64,000 nucleotides of DNA from Macrostomum hystrix (taxonomy: Eukaryota; Animalia; Platyhelminthes), in NCBI GenBank assembly GCA_950097015.1, contig CATNEN010000008.1, positions 124,001-188,000 of the forward strand, given 5' to 3'. This document shows positions 62,240 to 64,000 of this stretch, one piece after another. The position numbers and the translations under genes are program-made. A model generated the notes under the pieces. The model saw nothing but the letters and a program-made list of their open reading frames with translations. It was not told where the DNA came from and searched no databases. How positions within the stretch are numbered: position 1 is the first letter of the stretch; every line of letters starts with the position of its first letter.

Positions 62240-62660
62240 GATTATTGACCGAGTCGAGTACTTTTCGGGTAATGACCGACTCGTGTACTTTTGGGCGAAT
62301 GACCGACACGTGTACTTTTGGAGTAATGACCGACTCGTGTACTTTTGGAGTAATGACCGACTCGTGTACTTTTGAAGTAATGACCGACTCGTGTACCTTT
62401 GGGCTAATGACCGACTCGTGTACCTTTGGGCTAATGACCGACTCGTGTACCTTTGGGCTAATGACCGACTCGTGTACTTTTGGGGCAATGACCGACTCGT
62501 GTACTTTTGGGGCAATGACCGACTCGTGTACCTTTTGGCTAATGACCGACTCGTGTACTTTTGGGGCAATGACCGACTCGTGTACTTTTGGGGCAATGAC
62601 CGACTCGTGTACCTTTGGGCTAATGACCGACTCGTGCACTTTTGGGGATATGACAGACTC
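62240..62660. repeat. 27-bp minisatellite GTACTTTTGGGCGAATGACCGACTCGT just downstream of the ilvD stop
   Basis: ~15 copies; 9-aa periodic ORFs. Confidence 0.95.
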
Positions 62661-63211
62661 GGTTAGATCATTTCTGACTAAATAATTTCTGGTATTTACT
62701 CCAAATTGAGAACTAACTAAGCTACCGGCTAACTTAAAGTCAATTTTCGAATCGACTAAGTTTTATGTAACTATTTTCAATTTTCTTAGCTCCAATACAC
62801 TACTTAGATTCACTATGAGTAGTGAGAGTGTGCAATCTATTGTTACTTTCATAATTTCCGCTAGCTAACGAATAAGAAGTGTGATTTTAAATAAAAAAAA
62901 TTTTTGTGACACAAGGAATCAAATGAAAACAATGTTACCTTTCACAGGTTAGTACAAATATACTAAAGCAAAACTTTCCATGCTTTCTACTTTTTTTTCA
63001 ATTAAGTCACATTTATCATTCAAATGTGAATGTGAATGTTTTACAATTAGCTACAGCAATACCAAACCCATAATACAGCCACCCACCTGCCGACTTCCTA
63101 ATGAAATTTATTCGATCCAAAATTAAAACTTTTTTTTGCTCGCAACAAAATTGCCGACAAAAAGGACAGCACAGACTGCCGATTTCATTGTGTTCTCCCT
63201 TCTAGCCCCGT

Positions 63212-63246
63212 TTTCTGATTGGCCGCCGATACCGCCAGCCAATTGG
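63212..63246 (+). promoter_or_regulatory. Candidate CCAAT boxes upstream of Dbx
   Basis: CTGATTGGCC and GCCAATTGG ~110-145 nt upstream of the ATG at 63358; function is inference. Confidence 0.3.
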
Positions 63247-63400
63247 ACGGATCGATTTCTTTATTAACCATTTAGCGGCCCTACAAACGGAACTGGGACA
63301 GTTGGAATTTATATAGTCTCACATATTCCATTGCTTTACAACTCGAACTCTTGAAAAATGGATTTGTCACCAATCGCTTTATCTCCCGCTTCCGCCCCCG

Positions 63401-63864
63401 TTGGATTTGCGGTACCAGCATCAGGTCCAGCTTCACCGTCAGCCTCATCAGTTCCAAGCGACTGCCGACATTCAAATCAGCGGCGTCAGCAGCGGACGCG
63501 TTGTCAACAGCGGCGTCCTGCGCCGCGCCGTGTTCAGCGACGCCCATCGACGCGGCCTTGAGAAGGCCTTCCAGCGCCAGAAGTACATCGGCAAGCCGGA
63601 CCGCAGGCTTCTGGCCGATCGTCTGGGTTTAGGCGACTCTCAGGTAAGCTGATGTCGCCTGGGCTTGTGAGACCGGTCTGGAACTGCTCTCCGGTCCAAA
63701 ATTGCTTTCCAGATAAGTGCCAAATTGATGCCGTTTAGCGCCACTCTAATCTGCAGGTGAAAATTTGGTTTCAGAACCGTCGCATGAAATGGCGCAACTC
63801 CAAGGCGGCGGAGGCGGACTCGATGAACAACGATGCGAGCCGGACTAGCCAGGTGCAATCTTGA
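63401..63864 (+). CDS. Dbx: Dbx-class homeobox transcription factor (5' end unresolved)
   Basis: GVLRRAVFSDAHRRGLEKAFQRQKYIGKPDRRLLADRLGLGDSQ|VKIWFQNRRMKWRNSK; intron 63644-63756 at the common helix-3 position; Dbx-diagnostic RRAVFS, KPDR and WRNSK. Confidence 0.92.
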
Positions 63865-64000
63865 GAACAGAGAACTGCTAGGAATAAGTCTTCTTCTTCA
63901 GCTACTGCCGCTGCTGCTGCCGCTGCCGCTGCTGCTGCCTCTTCTGTTGCCACTGCTGCTGCCTGTTCTGCTACTCATAATTCTACTGTTGCTGCTCCTG

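Noticed and set aside
63866-64000. (GCT)n poly-Ala/Leu low-complexity tract after the Dbx stop
   Set aside because: Most simply a 3' UTR microsatellite; the intron needed to make it coding would be only ~48 nt.

Overview
Eukaryotic (animal) genomic DNA, not prokaryotic: GC-rich exons with GT-AG introns in AT-rich DNA, and roughly 40% of the window in minisatellite arrays. The style suggests a free-living flatworm such as Macrostomum (inference only). Minus-strand genes: TMEM199/VMA12, an RRM + Periphilin-C-terminal-domain gene, MIC13/QIL1, the first coding exon of a PARG-like gene, a shortened neuronal-calcium-sensor-like EF-hand gene and an orphan 239-aa ORF. Plus-strand genes: the 3' half of a Cys-loop anion channel (GluCl/GlyR type) with disabling lesions, C2orf69, FKBP12, DNAJC27/RBJ, UQCRQ/QCR8, a four-exon bacterial-type dihydroxy-acid dehydratase (ilvD) and a Dbx homeobox gene. 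Mobile DNA: two tRNA-derived SINE families (one CORE-like), a 1017-bp TIR element with an 8-bp TSD enclosing a 375-bp foldback, and a 281-bp MITE with an 8-bp TSD. Most notable: (1) an intact, intron-bearing, bacterial-looking ilvD in an animal; (2) an RRM fused to the HUSH-subunit Periphilin domain; (3) two co-oriented gene runs with short spacers and 3' splice acceptors just upstream of most ATGs, suggesting SL trans-spliced operons inflated by satellites. All long repeat-derived ORFs in the track are treated as artefacts. Family assignments come from recalled motifs; no searches were run.
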